From Balanoglossus misakiensis (taxonomy: Eukaryota > Animalia > Hemichordata): DNA of 64,000 nucleotides. This document shows, one piece after another, positions 50,101-62,000 of the stretch; position 1 is the stretch's first letter, and every line of letters begins with the position of its first letter. The translations under genes were made by a program, and so were the position numbers. The DNA lies in contig CM082591.2 in the NCBI GenBank assembly GCA_040954595.2, forward strand, positions 5,549,009 to 5,613,008, read 5' to 3'. The notes beneath the pieces are model-generated. The model had not been told where the DNA came from, did no database searches, and saw nothing but the letters and a program-made list of their open reading frames with translations.

Positions 50101-51356
50101 CAATATTTTCTTTTTGTCCGCCTGGAAGCTCTGTTCCATTCTTGTTTTCTCGGCTGTGACAGTTGCCAGGGCATTGGTTAGTGTTGCTAGCTGACTTTTC
50201 AACTGTAATATGGTAGTTTCATCCGCATTACTGTTGCTACCCTGCAAATGTAAATATAATGGGCCGTGAATGAACATTTTCCCTGTACATCACAAATGTA
50301 CAAGCTACTTTAAAATTGGAATTTTTCGCAAACGATAAATTTTTTGCAAAGTACGCAAGAGCCAAAAAAAACCCACAAAAATAAAAAAATCACGTTAAAT
50401 ATTTTTTTCAGAGATAACAATGCAGTTGAATGCGATACAAACCTGGGCATTGACACTCAAAGGGTCATCGAACTTTTCTCCTTGATCTGCTGTTTCCCTT
50501 TTTTCACTGTCTCCATCTTCACTCTGTCTTTCTTCATCATCTTTGGACTGCTGTGCCGGTGGCTGACTCAGTATTTGTAAACTTGCTTCCAAGGCCTCTT
50601 TTTCTTTCACCAGACTTTTATATGCACCGATAACGTCTGATGAGTAATAACCAAAGAGGTCATTCAAATATACAATAAGTTAAAATGATGCAAGCAAAAT
50701 ATACACAAATACGTTACGTACAGTAAAAACCTGTCTAAACCAAACCCTGTGTCATCTGGAAACCTGTCTATATTGAACACCTTTCATGCTAACCTTTGCT
50801 GCATGGTTGATGCAACACAAGGACAGAGAAAACTTAAATATATGGTAGAGACCGATTCTTTATTTTTGCAAGTTTTTTCACTCTCATGTCTACAGGTGGG
50901 ATGGAAGGTGTGCGTGGTCGAACGTTGATTCGCTGTATATCCACATGTACATTAACATATTGTCTTGTATCAAACATAATTAATGGAAAAAGGCAGCGAG
51001 AGAGAGACTTTGTCCCTTTAATATGAATTATATTGTTCCTTTAATATGACTTATATCTGAAACTCTACAGTCGAAATACCAGTAGATCAATGACAGAAAC
51101 AGCCAGAGCCAGCTAGCCAGTGTGAGCACAATAATATTTATGACAAGCAAATTCTCTCTCTTTCTTACCCCAGTACAAATGTAGATTGTGCCCTACACAT
51201 AATTTAGAACTGCATATGCCTGTACACATGCCAACAACACAAAACTTTTCCACCTGTTTATCTACTCTTACCTCGCAATCTCTTTTCGTATCGTGACACT
51301 TGGTCTTTTTGTTTTTCTATAGTTTCCAGCAGATCTTTCCGCGTTGCTCGGTCCAT
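41145..51356 (-). CDS. GCC1: GRIP and coiled-coil domain-containing protein 1 (GCC88 golgin), ~739 aa, 17 coding exons
   Basis: Exons 51356-51272, 50636-50443, 50241-50101, 49579-49490, 48739-48611, 48234-48185, 47682-47541, 46988-46807, 46365-46166, 45695-45553, 44978-44862, 44407-44327, 44086-43956, 43222-43090, 42755-42553, 42124-41995, 41213-41145 (2220 nt, phases compatible). The N-terminus KDLLETIEKQK...RLRDVIGAYKSLVKEKEALEAS, the segment LATLTNALATVTAEK and the GRIP domain ANLEYLKNVIYNY...ILHFSPKE match GCC1. Confidence 0.95.
41582..41928. mobile_element. MITE M1 full copy in the last GCC1 intron
   Basis: agggacaaagtctc ... gagactttgtccct|ttaa. Confidence 0.9.
43231..43575 (+). repeat. 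Degenerate ~33-bp minisatellite interrupted by a P1 MITE
   Basis: Repeated aaacatatcattagcatattnttggcaaatggcc-like units. Confidence 0.75.
43649..43812. mobile_element. 164-bp Kolobok-like MITE
   Basis: ttaa|aggtacacagtcac ... gtgactgtatacct|ttaa. Confidence 0.8.
44150..44311. mobile_element. MITE M1 left half
   Basis: ttaa|agggacaaagtctc, ending at the palindrome centre. Confidence 0.8.
44624..44803. mobile_element. TA-flanked pogo/Tigger-like MITE (partial tandem copy at ~44426-44573)
   Basis: ta|cagtcaaacct ... acaggttcgactg|ta with internal tagtggccacc subrepeats. Confidence 0.7.
45091..45438. mobile_element. Kolobok-like MITE (second copy 60387-60732)
   Basis: ttaa|agcctctagagctgcca ... 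tggcagctataggggct; internal sequence shared with 60387-60732. Confidence 0.8.
46545..46754. mobile_element. TA-flanked MITE with ttttcgcg subrepeats (related pieces ~38812, ~57282-57445)
   Basis: ta|ctgtaaaacactttattttc ... gaaaataaagtgttttacag|ta. Confidence 0.75.
47808..48113 (-). mobile_element. ~305-bp piggyBac-like MITE (family P2)
   Basis: ttaa|ccctaa ... ttaggg|ttaa; reverse complement of 49751-50055. Confidence 0.85.
49751..50055 (+). mobile_element. P2 MITE, inverted relative to 47808-48113 (third copy 61068-61364)
   Basis: ttaa|ccctaacgctgccaag ... agtagaattaggg|ttaa. Confidence 0.85.
50846..51017. mobile_element. MITE M1 right half
   Basis: Ends gagactttgtccct|ttaa. Confidence 0.8.
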
Positions 51357-52119
51357 GCTTGCAGAGATGTACTCCCTTGTCTCGTCTTGTTTACTATTTC
51401 CTATCACCAACAAATCTTTATACAATCACTGGGGAGGAAGACAATGATGGCATATCAATAAATTTGATCATTACTGGAATTGTAATCAATCAATCTTTAT
51501 CAGGGATTTTGTTAAGGGGGGGGGGGGGGGTACCCAGGTATTAGAACCAGAACTGTTCCCATAACTTGAAGTTGAAAATGGGCGTTTTTGTGTAATCGTT
51601 GTCATTTGTGTCTATCAAGTACATCCAATTATGGTTAGGATATGGAAACGACCTTTGGCCGATCAGATTTGCAGAGACATGTAACATACAATCAAATGTT
51701 GGCTTTCGAAAACAGGAAGTGATCAGTGACATTGACAACCACAGACAATGGGTGTGAGTTTGTAAGTAAACTGGCACGATCACACCCACAGGGCTCGAAA
51801 TTCTTAAAGTATGGGAATGTAAGTTCAAATATAACGGTATGGGATACAAAATATGTGATAAATATGTGATAATGCGTTGCATATCGACGTGGCACCGGTA
51901 CAGTGTTTTCGTATGATGTCACAGGTGGACAGTGGGATGGGCGGCGCTAGCTGATCGATTCGCCGAAGAAAAATCTCAGTAAATATATGTTTCTCGAGCT
52001 CCATGAAACTATGAATCTCACAAGACTATTTGATCACCTAACACTTGAAGTGCTACGAAATAATCACAATGAATCGAGAGTAAAGTAGGAACTCACCGTA
52101 CTGACATGTAGGTCGCCAT

Positions 52120-52700
52120 TACTATCCGATCCAAGGCTGAACCATTTAATTCATAGGTAAATCATTGGGGATACCGTTCCAACGTCTATTTTTAATAAAC
52201 CCGGTGTTGAATAAATGATAAAAAGAATTTTTTACTTTTTAGATATATCATTTTCGACCAAAATTAACTTAACTCGGTTAAATTAATAGTTTCATGACGT
52301 CTGAGCTTTTGTTGTTATTGATTGATACCTCCCATCCCCATTTTGAAAAGTGGTACGATCGAGGGATTCCGTTTTGAAAAGACTGTCTAGGTTACCAAAC
52401 AAAATGAGCTAGCTTGAGTTGCCTTGTTTTACGTACTTGTACTTGTTAAATAAAGACCTATTTTTTATCATTTTACTGTGTTTGTTTGCGTAATAATTTC
52501 ACAAAATGACAAAAAAGGTAACACTTTATACTTCATTAATTGATACAGTTCGTGATTTTTTGTTAAAACTATAACCATAGTGAGAAATTTTATCAGTCTA
52601 GGTTGTGATGAAACTATGATGACGTTGAATGTTGTGGCAAAGCTAAACTACAAAATGTGTAGTGGTGCTACTGCTACCGGTGTGTAGAAATTAACAACAC
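52120..52700. promoter_or_regulatory. Putative bidirectional promoter region between GCC1 and the SLC45 gene
   Basis: Minus-strand donor (gtgagt) at 52096 with acceptor at 51401 for a GCC1 5' exon. Plus-strand donor cag|gtaaga at 52762 with acceptor ttcag at 55923 for the SLC45 gene. No transcript data. Confidence 0.45.
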
Positions 52701-55700
52701 GTCGTCGTTGCCTGTGTGAAACCTAACATTGGTGGTTTTCGACATGATATAGAATTTCCAGGTAAGACACCTCAGCTACCAGCAGTCATTATATACAGTC
52801 TCAGAGTGTTGTCAATGATTGTGTCTGTCTGTCAACTTTGGAAAGTTAAACTTTGGTTGTTGTAGCTAGCTTGGCTAAGGAAGTACTGACTTGACACATC
52901 ACCAACTTGACGTGGACGTGGTTCTTCTGTCATGAGTTAGTAGCACGGTTTTCACTCACGAGTAAAGCACAGCCGCTGAAATTGAGGTCAGTTTTTCGAC
53001 TACGCCCAACAGTTTAGTTTACGGTGGAGACGTACCATAGAACATCCTGTGCAGTGACAGTTGTCCGGTTCCGCGTCGAATTGTAAACTGTAAAAAAAGT
53101 GTACAGCGTTCCTAGGTAGATGAACTGCATTGCAGGATACCCATAGTGAAGCCTGAAGGATGTTGTTATTTGTCAAAAAAATATAAACCAATATTTTGAC
53201 CCGGTTGTTTAATTTGCCTTCTGTGTTTTCTGATGTGCAAATATGTGACCATCATAATACTCATTACCACATTTATCTATTTATTTTAATGGCGGAATTG
53301 TGGGCTCTGTATCATAATTTTTTTTTATTTAATTCAGCACAAGAAATGATAGTTCAATTCTAATTAGTGTACTGGCAGTTTCCCGGTAAATTATATAGTC
53401 ATTATATGACAGCGTGTTTAATTTTTTAAGTATCCGTAGATTGTTAATGTTTATTTCCTGTTCCTGCTAAAGTGATTTGACTTAATACTGCAACAATCAA
53501 TCAATCGGAGATTTTAAAAGTGCCAGTATCCGCAGCGATGAAGTGTTTAATTCCACTAGACTAAAAAGTGCTTAGGTCAGTTACTAAAGGCTTACTTAAA
53601 AAGGTGTGTCGCTATTGTCAAGTTTTATGATAAAATCAGAACATTACAGATTAATGTGAGATTTTCCTCAGGGCAGTGGTTTTGAAAGTGGCTTCTCAAG
53701 GGCCTTTAAGTGGGAGTGGCCTTTGTACAATGTTTAGTTGTGTATATGTATTGTCATTGAAGTTGAACAGAGCTAATTTCAGTGCTATGAGGCTTGTGAG
53801 GCTTAGATATTCCCAAATCCACTAAATTTAAATATATTTCCATGAATTGGCATGCGAACATGTGCAGATGATGTGTTTTGCCGGTACTTACGTTCCCTGT
53901 ACATGTACATGGTGTGTATTGCTGACCTCTCCATTGTACTACAGATTGTATTGTCTGCAATCAAGTGAAAGTCCCCTATTCATGTGTCTCTGTTCACAGT
54001 CTGTTTTTATTAAGGGTGGTACCCAAGTTAGTTTTACCACATTTTCCCAGTCTTTTTACTGAGGTTCCTCTTAGTATTAAATTAGTCATGATGCATAGCA
54101 CTAGCAGAAGTGTAACTGTCAGTGTTAGTGGTGTTCCCAAACCAATCTTCGCCAACTTTAAAAAAAAAAAAACAGTTTCATGGGTACCATGTCCAGAACC
54201 GTGACCACTTTGAACCCTTTCACCACCATGGTTTGACCCAAATTTATTGTTTCGACTTTTCTACGGTAAAGTTGGACCTCTACATATGTAGGGAATAGGG
54301 GTGAAAGGGTTAAATGTTAAAGAGAAAAGTTTATATTAAACTTTTGACTATTTTGCTAACTGTGTCGGCTGTAGTAGTAAGTTCAAAACAAGATCATTCC
54401 CTTGCGATCTACAGTCTTAGTACAGCAACAGGTATTCTGCCTATAATAAACAAAACACATGTCTTAAATGCTGTCCCTTGGTCATTTTCACTGGTCAATA
54501 ATTTCTGTTCTTTGATTGCATGGCTATGTACATGTAAGTCAGTGTTTTGACCTGTCCATAATCGCAAAGTTCAGATACAAATACACTTGCTTTGATAGAC
54601 TTTTTCTATGTATGTCTATCTGACACTGTAACAGTATAACTACAGTCAAGTATCCTACATGTAATTTTATACTGTCATCATTTCAAGGGACATGGCCATG
54701 TATGAAAAGTGAAACCACAGTACCGGTATACAGGGTCAGTCAGTATACTTTAATTACCAAGAGTTCAGTCATCTGGTTTTCAGTCATGAAAGTTTCTGCC
54801 ACGTAGACACATCCAGAAACAACAAGTCATTGTCAATGACTTAGTTCCCACATAGTATTGAATCGATGAATGAAGATAACATTTTAAAGCCTCAATAGCT
54901 GCCACTTAGTGTATTGGATTCATACTAGAATAAGACAACCACATGTACATTGTATTATGTCCGTGTTTTTTTAATTTTGGCATAAAATTTCCCACAAATG
55001 TAGAATTTATCAAAATTGTGTTAAAACTAAAAAAGTTGTCTTAGCAGTGAGGTCAGACTATATATAGATACGGTTGCACTTTTGTAGAGAATAGTCTATT
55101 TAAATTTATATTTACACCAAAGAATAATTTATTTCTCCCTTGTCCCAGATAATTTTGCATGGAAAACAGTGTTGCAAAAGAAAAAAGGGTTGAAAAAAGT
55201 GATTTCAGCTTAATTGTACTTGATATGCATTAGAATTAGATAATCAGAAAAGAGGAAACATTTTGGTAGTTTTTAGAATAATTCCATCCAATCGGTCATT
55301 TCATTTCCAGCAATAAAAATGCTGATTTCTATAAAAGGGTGTGTTGAAAATAGCCAAAAGAAGAAGTTACTGGAGCTAAAAATATCGGCAGTAAAATGCA
55401 GACTGTACACTAACACTGTTTGCATAGTATACAGTCTGTGCACCATGCTATGATCCACAAAATGCATATGAGATGTCTTTCATAACAAAATAACCACACA
55501 GTGGAAAATACCAAAAAGGATTAAAAGTGGTAAATATGCCTTTGAAAATAATGATGTATTGATTTACTGTAACAACGCATGTACCAGCACAGTGCTGTAC
55601 CAGTACGGTATAAAAAAAAACATTTGTGGTTGTATTAGAGTTTTGATAAATTTTATAAATTTATTACGCATTGATGTAGACTAATACATGTACCAGTACT

Positions 55701-56087
55701 GTGATGTATGGTATAAAAATTAAACATTTGATTTTGTATTAGAATTTTTATATAAATATTATGTATTGATTTTAGACAATACCAGAAGATTGTCTATGTG
55801 TGTTACCAGTGTATAGGGGCCGTTTGCTTGTTATGAATGTGATAGGGTCAGTTTTATCACTTTTTCCCGGAAGTCAAACAGTATTTATTGTATTAATTCC
55901 CGATTTTTTTTATTACATTTCAGAGGATTAGTGCGGTCAGGTGACTGCTGGCTTAAGTTACATTTAGATTGTAACAGCTGATCACGCGGTGATTGGGACA
56001 CAGCAAGAAATATGTGCAGTTGTGTAGTGCACCATCTGAGACTGAACTAGTTCCAGCCTGTAAATAGGAAGCGTGATTCGGGAAAAC

Positions 56088-59000
56088 ATGACAGAGACGC
56101 TGAGTATAATGACACCGACGCCGTCCTTAGGGCTCGGGCACGAGTTCCGGCTGTCGTACCTCCTGTCGCTGAACTCCATCATCTGCGGTCTGGAGCTGTG
56201 TACATCCGCCGCGTTCAGCTACATCCCGCCCATGCTGCTGAAGGCCGGCTTCTCCGAGGGCTCCATGAGCTTCGTCATGGGGCTGGGCCCCGTCTGCGCC
56301 CTGCTGGTGGTGCCCTTCCTGGGCGTGCTCAGCGACCAGTGCACGAGCCGCTACGGGCGGCGGCGCCCCTTCATCTTCTACTTATCCCTCGGAACCATCC
56401 TCACCCTGGTGATCATCCCGTACGGAAGCGCGATCGGGAAAGTCAACCTGGCGCTGGCCGTCATCGTCCTGGACTTCTGCACCCAGGCCTGCTACACCCC
56501 CTTCGAGGCGCTGCTGTCCGACAGCTGCACCAACTCGCACCAGCACAACCGCAGCTTCACGGTGTTCTCGTTCATGACGAGCATCGGGGGCTGCATCGGT
56601 TACTGGCTGACGTCCATCGATTGGACGCAGACGAGATTCGGGTCAAAGTTCGACAGACCGGAGAAAGCCGTGTTCACTATACTGTTGGTGACGTTCACGA
56701 CGTCAGCGGTCATGTCGCTCATGCTTGCCCGGGACACGCCGGCCTCGAAAACGCGGAGCTCGTCGACGCCGTCGCTCAAAGAGAACGGCATCAGGACTAA
56801 AGACATCCGAGGCTTGAGCGAGAAGATCGATAAGTACCTCCAAAAGACGAACGTCAACAATTTCAGCGAGAGCCCGGACAGAAAAAACGGCGAGGCGGTC
56901 AGCGTGCTGGTCACCGACGGACCCTTCATGTACGGCTCGGACGTCCGCGGCCGCAACCTGCTCCACAACCTGGTGAAGACCCGGACGAAAGTCACGCGCC
57001 TGGGCCTGCTGTCGGAGTGCGTCGCCCGCCTGCTGCCGGAGGCCGTCGTGCGGAACATGCACGACCTGCAGCAGAGCGTCATCAGCATGCCCGCCGCCCT
57101 GTCGCGTCTCTGGGTGGCGCACTTTGTCACCACCACAGCTGTGATGGGATTTAAGTTGTTCTTCACAGATTTTGTTGGCACGGCGATTTATCACGGCAAC
57201 CCAGATGCCGCCGAGAGCTCGGAATTACAAAGCCTTTATGACGCAGGTAGAGTAACTTTATCTCTGGCCCCGTTGCTGTTTACTGTAATATATTTGTTTT
57301 TTCCGACAGGAAATTTTCGCGATATCAAGGGAGGCAACGGTTGTGCGAGGAGTAATTTTCGCATTTTCTTATTTTTACTGCATCTTTATCTCCGAAAAAT
57401 ATTTTACGCGACCTTTTATTTTCACGTATAAACTTGATTTACAGTATATATTCCAATCTATTGATGTCATATTTTGGTGGACTGAAATATGCCTTCATTA
57501 GTAGCATCTGTTGATGTTATTTTCAGTATTTGAGTTCTGTGGGTCAATCCAGGTCTTTCACGTGACTCAAGTATATTAAAGGGATATTAGCTGTAACTTT
57601 TTGCTTTATTTACAGTATTTTTGCACTGTGTATCAAATTCAATTTCATGTCCTACTCAAAATATTAGGCTAATATACCCAGTACTCCATTTGTCAACATA
57701 GCCCATATGTGTGTTTAACAGCCATTATTATTGTTGACAAATGAATTCCAGTCTGGACTTGAATTCAGATTTTTCACTGTACAGTGCTGACTATACACAC
57801 ATACATATATGTAATGTTGATAAGCTAAATTCTGGGCATTTTATCATGTTTCAGGGATTTGAACAAGAAACTGTGGTAGATACACAAAGCAAAAATATTG
57901 AAAATCTAGCAAAAAGTCACAGCTTAGCCTTAAAATCTGATCATCACAGCTTGCGATTACATTGATTGTTGACAATGACTATTCAATCAATCAAGCAATC
58001 AATCATTTCTCACCAATTAGAGTTAAGTTGTACAGGATGTCACAGACAAAAAACAAATTCAGTAACAGGAGTCACAAAGTAGCTCAATGCTAATCGGCTT
58101 AGAGTTCAATTGAGAATCTTACCTTACAAATCCAGTTGTCAACAAGTGACATTGTAGGACATTTGACAATTTCCCCCCAAAATTTGGGTACATCAACATG
58201 CTTATAAAAAAGGAAGTCCTGTATTTCACATAAGAAAATTTAACCCTATCACCCCCAGTTCCCTTTATAGAGGTCCAACCTTGCCATAGAAAACAATGGG
58301 ATTGGACCGAACCATGGTGATGAAAGGGTTAAAATAAAAATTAAATTATCACAGCTGCTGTTCCTTTAATTTTTAATCTGCGGTATGTGTACTGTACCTA
58401 TGATAACCAGAGAATGTACTGGTACATGTATATGTGGCAATCTCTGATCACAAGTTCACGAAATGTTCTTCATAAAAAATAGAGAGGACTCCCAAGTCCT
58501 GAAGTGTGTTTGCATGGTTTTATAATATGGAAACAAATACAAAATCTACTTTAACCCTTACAAAATCTTCTGTAACCCTTTCACCCCAGTACCCTCTTTA
58601 GAGGTCCAACCTTGCCATAGAAAACAATGGATTTGGACTGAACCACGGTGGTGAAGGGGTTATACCTAATGTGAAACTGGCTGGAATTTTCCAGTTTAGT
58701 GAGTGCACTTGCGTGAGTGGTCGACCACACCCCTGCGCTTAACCCCTTTCACCATCATGGTTCAGTCCAAACCAATTGATTTCTATGGTAAGGTTGAACC
58801 TCTAAAGAGGGAACTGGGGGTGAAAGGGTTAAACTGCTGGGACCATTCCTAGATTGCTCCAGAACCCTTGATTGAACCCAGAATGAAATGCCCAGGCAGT
58901 ATTTAGCCTATCAAAACAACCTTCACTACATACTAGTACGTGTATAGTCAAGACTTGTGACTGATTTTAGTTGAAATGAACAACTGCTGAGTCAGCATTT

Positions 59001-62000
59001 TTTCACCAATACTATTTCTATGGGTGAACGTATGGTGACAACTAAATCAGTTTTATAATGTGCTCACTGAATTTAACGCCAATTTTCTGAGCTAGGTGTA
59101 AACCTTCATGAAAATGTCAATAGTAGCAGTGGGTTTTACGGAAATTCTCAATGTAATCCTTTGGAAAGAAACAAATTCTATGTACTTATAGTGCTCAATC
59201 ATACATACTCATGCATGTCCTAACTCATGTTTTTAATTTTCTATTTATAAAAAATGTCACCATATTTCACTACATCACTATATTGTTTCTATGACCCAAT
59301 CCACCTAGCCCATAGCATAATTGTCAATCAAAATAAATTTCTCAATGTACCATATTGATAACCAGAGGATGAACAGTTAATTATTTCCCAATATGAGCAA
59401 ATATACCCTGAAAACAATACAAAAATCTGGTGGTTGATGCAGTGATTGATTATTTGCCGTTTAATCGCCAGGTTATACTGCATGCAATTCTGAAGTTGCT
59501 ATGTTTATATCTAACAATCTGTTACCATACTCTGCAAGGCACGCAATTACATACCCAGCGATAGAATGTATGTTGATACTGTACTCTTATTCCAAAGACT
59601 TTCAATTTTTCTAAAACTACCAAGATTTTGTCCGGCAAAGGTTGATAATGATAAAGATCAGACTGCTGTCTAGTTATGAAATTTTTTAAACAAACATTTC
59701 TTCTCAGTTTTGTCCCTTTTCTGGGCACAGGTTTTGCTCTCAAAGTCAAACATTTTCGTATCTTGGACTGAAATAAATTAAAATATACAGTTTATGAAAA
59801 TTCTATTGTTATAGGGCCACTGTCTGTAACTTATAGTTTTTCAGCAATTTTGTGTATCAAATATATTTTTTTGTTCTCATCCCTAAATCCAAACATGTCC
59901 AGTTTTCTGCCTGTCAAGAGTAGCAGCTCATGGAGTTTTAAAACGCACTGAGTGCCTTCTGAAAATTCCATGTATTCGACACTGCATGGTAATGGCAGTG
60001 TACTCATAAATTCTGAGTATACTTTATGATTTGCTGGGAAGTCCCGAGGGTAGACATATGGTAATGTTTTGGTAGTTTGACAGAATTCATTTCTGATATA
60101 CAGAATGAGATCTGGCGTAACTAGTAATAGTATCCCAAGGCTATGTCTTTAGTAACGTACTAGGGTACCGAGATCCCCAATGGTGAGGATATATAAATTC
60201 TCGACCTGTGTTCGCCATGGCATGGTGATTCCATATACCCTGCAGTTACACTTTACATCATGTTACTAACAGGTTCAGTAGCCTGGGCATTCTGCCTCCA
60301 AGCTGGTGAATTTACAAGCATATTTTGCATTAGACAGCACTTTATTTTATAATTTATGATATCACCATAAATATGTAGCATATTAAAGCTTTTAGAGCTG
60401 CCACTTTTTGCGTTATTTTCATGATTTTATTTTCCAACTTAAATTGGTCCATCTAAATAAGCTTACTGATAGGTATACATGAACACCTTATCAATACCCG
60501 ATTGTGACTGTCTGTAGCGATTTGAAAATGCTATGTATTAAAACGGTGCTGCACCGATTTAATCAGCCTCCATACAAACAGTACACAGCTATCATGGTAT
60601 GCGTCGCCAAAAGATGACAAACTGATGCAAATGCAATATGGCTCAATGGTGAGGATTTTAGAGGATAGGGAATATATTTGAAGTAATTTATTGTGGAAAA
60701 AAAATATGTGAAATTTGGCAGCTATAGGGGCTTTAAGTGACACTGATGTTGAAAATCTGATTTCCATGATACGAGATACAAAAAGATGTGTTTTACATGA
60801 GTAAGTGAATAATTAAAAGTGGATCTATCATTCTAACTGCATTATTTTCTTGGCATGTCTGAAAGGTCAATTAGCTGTGAATTATTGCTATTTTCAGCAC
60901 ATGTAAATGTAGAAATTTTAGTGTGTTGAGTAACAAGTGTATCGTCTACTTGTTAGTTTCACTTCAGCATTCACTAGGTGTTTCTTACTAGTGTGAATGT
61001 GTGATGTGCATTAACATCAATGTACACTACAGACTGAATCTCCTGTTCTGCTGAGTGAGCTATTCAACCCTAACGCTGCCAAGTCAGTTGAAACTGGTTT
61101 GATTTCCAGGGTGCCTAGAATCCGGGCTCCCAGGCCCGTTAGGCTGCCAAGTGTGTGTTAATCAGTAGGGCCTATACAAGACCCTCAGACCAATACAGTG
61201 CAAACCAGTGCGATTTGGTACATTTTACGGGGGGCTCTGACTGCCAAGTGTGTCTAAGTACATGTACGTATGAGAGCCATGTCAAGACAGTCAAAATACG
61301 ATTTAGAAGAAAAAGTGGCACATACGTATTTTAAGGGACTTGACACTCTAAGTTAGCATTAGGGTTAATGTAGGGTTACTGACTAGGGGTTAGACCATGT
61401 CATTTTCGCTTATCTAATAACCCACCACAGGGTAGTTGCACTGCCTCAAGCGCAGATTAATTCATGCTGTGGACCCACTGAACACAAATAATTGATAAAC
61501 CCAGTGGGCGCATGACATCGCTGAGCCCAGTGAGTTTGTGCCCCCAGGTGCACATAGCACGATGTAAAGCACACTCATTGAACAGGAGATCTAGTCTGAA
61601 ATGCAGTCTGTATGTGTAGTGTGCAAGGGACAAAGTCTCCTTCTCGCTGGCCTTTTTCCATTAATTATGTTTGATACAAGACGCCGTTTATGTTATTCTA
61701 CATGTGGATATATGGTGAATCAACATTCGACCACACACAACTTCCATCTCGTTTGTAGGATATGAGAGTAAAAACTCGCCCAAAATGAATAAATGGTAAA
61801 GAACGATTATTCATTTTGGCGATTTTTTTCACTCTCCTGTCTATAAGAGGGATGGAAGTTGTGTGTGGTTGAACGTTCATTCACTATATATCCACATGTA
61901 GAATAACAAACGTTGTCTCTTATCAAATATAATTAATGGAAAAAAGGGCAGCGAGAGAGAGACTTTGTCCCTTTAATACCAAAATGCAAGTGTTGATTTG

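Noticed and set aside
56198-57194. Overlapping 160-200 aa alternative-frame and antisense ORFs
   Set aside because: Expected by-product of very high GC3 in the SLC45 exon; no recognisable domains.
61355-61395. Telomere-like TTAGGG motifs
   Set aside because: A few scattered hexamers that mostly belong to the P2 MITE terminus; not an array.
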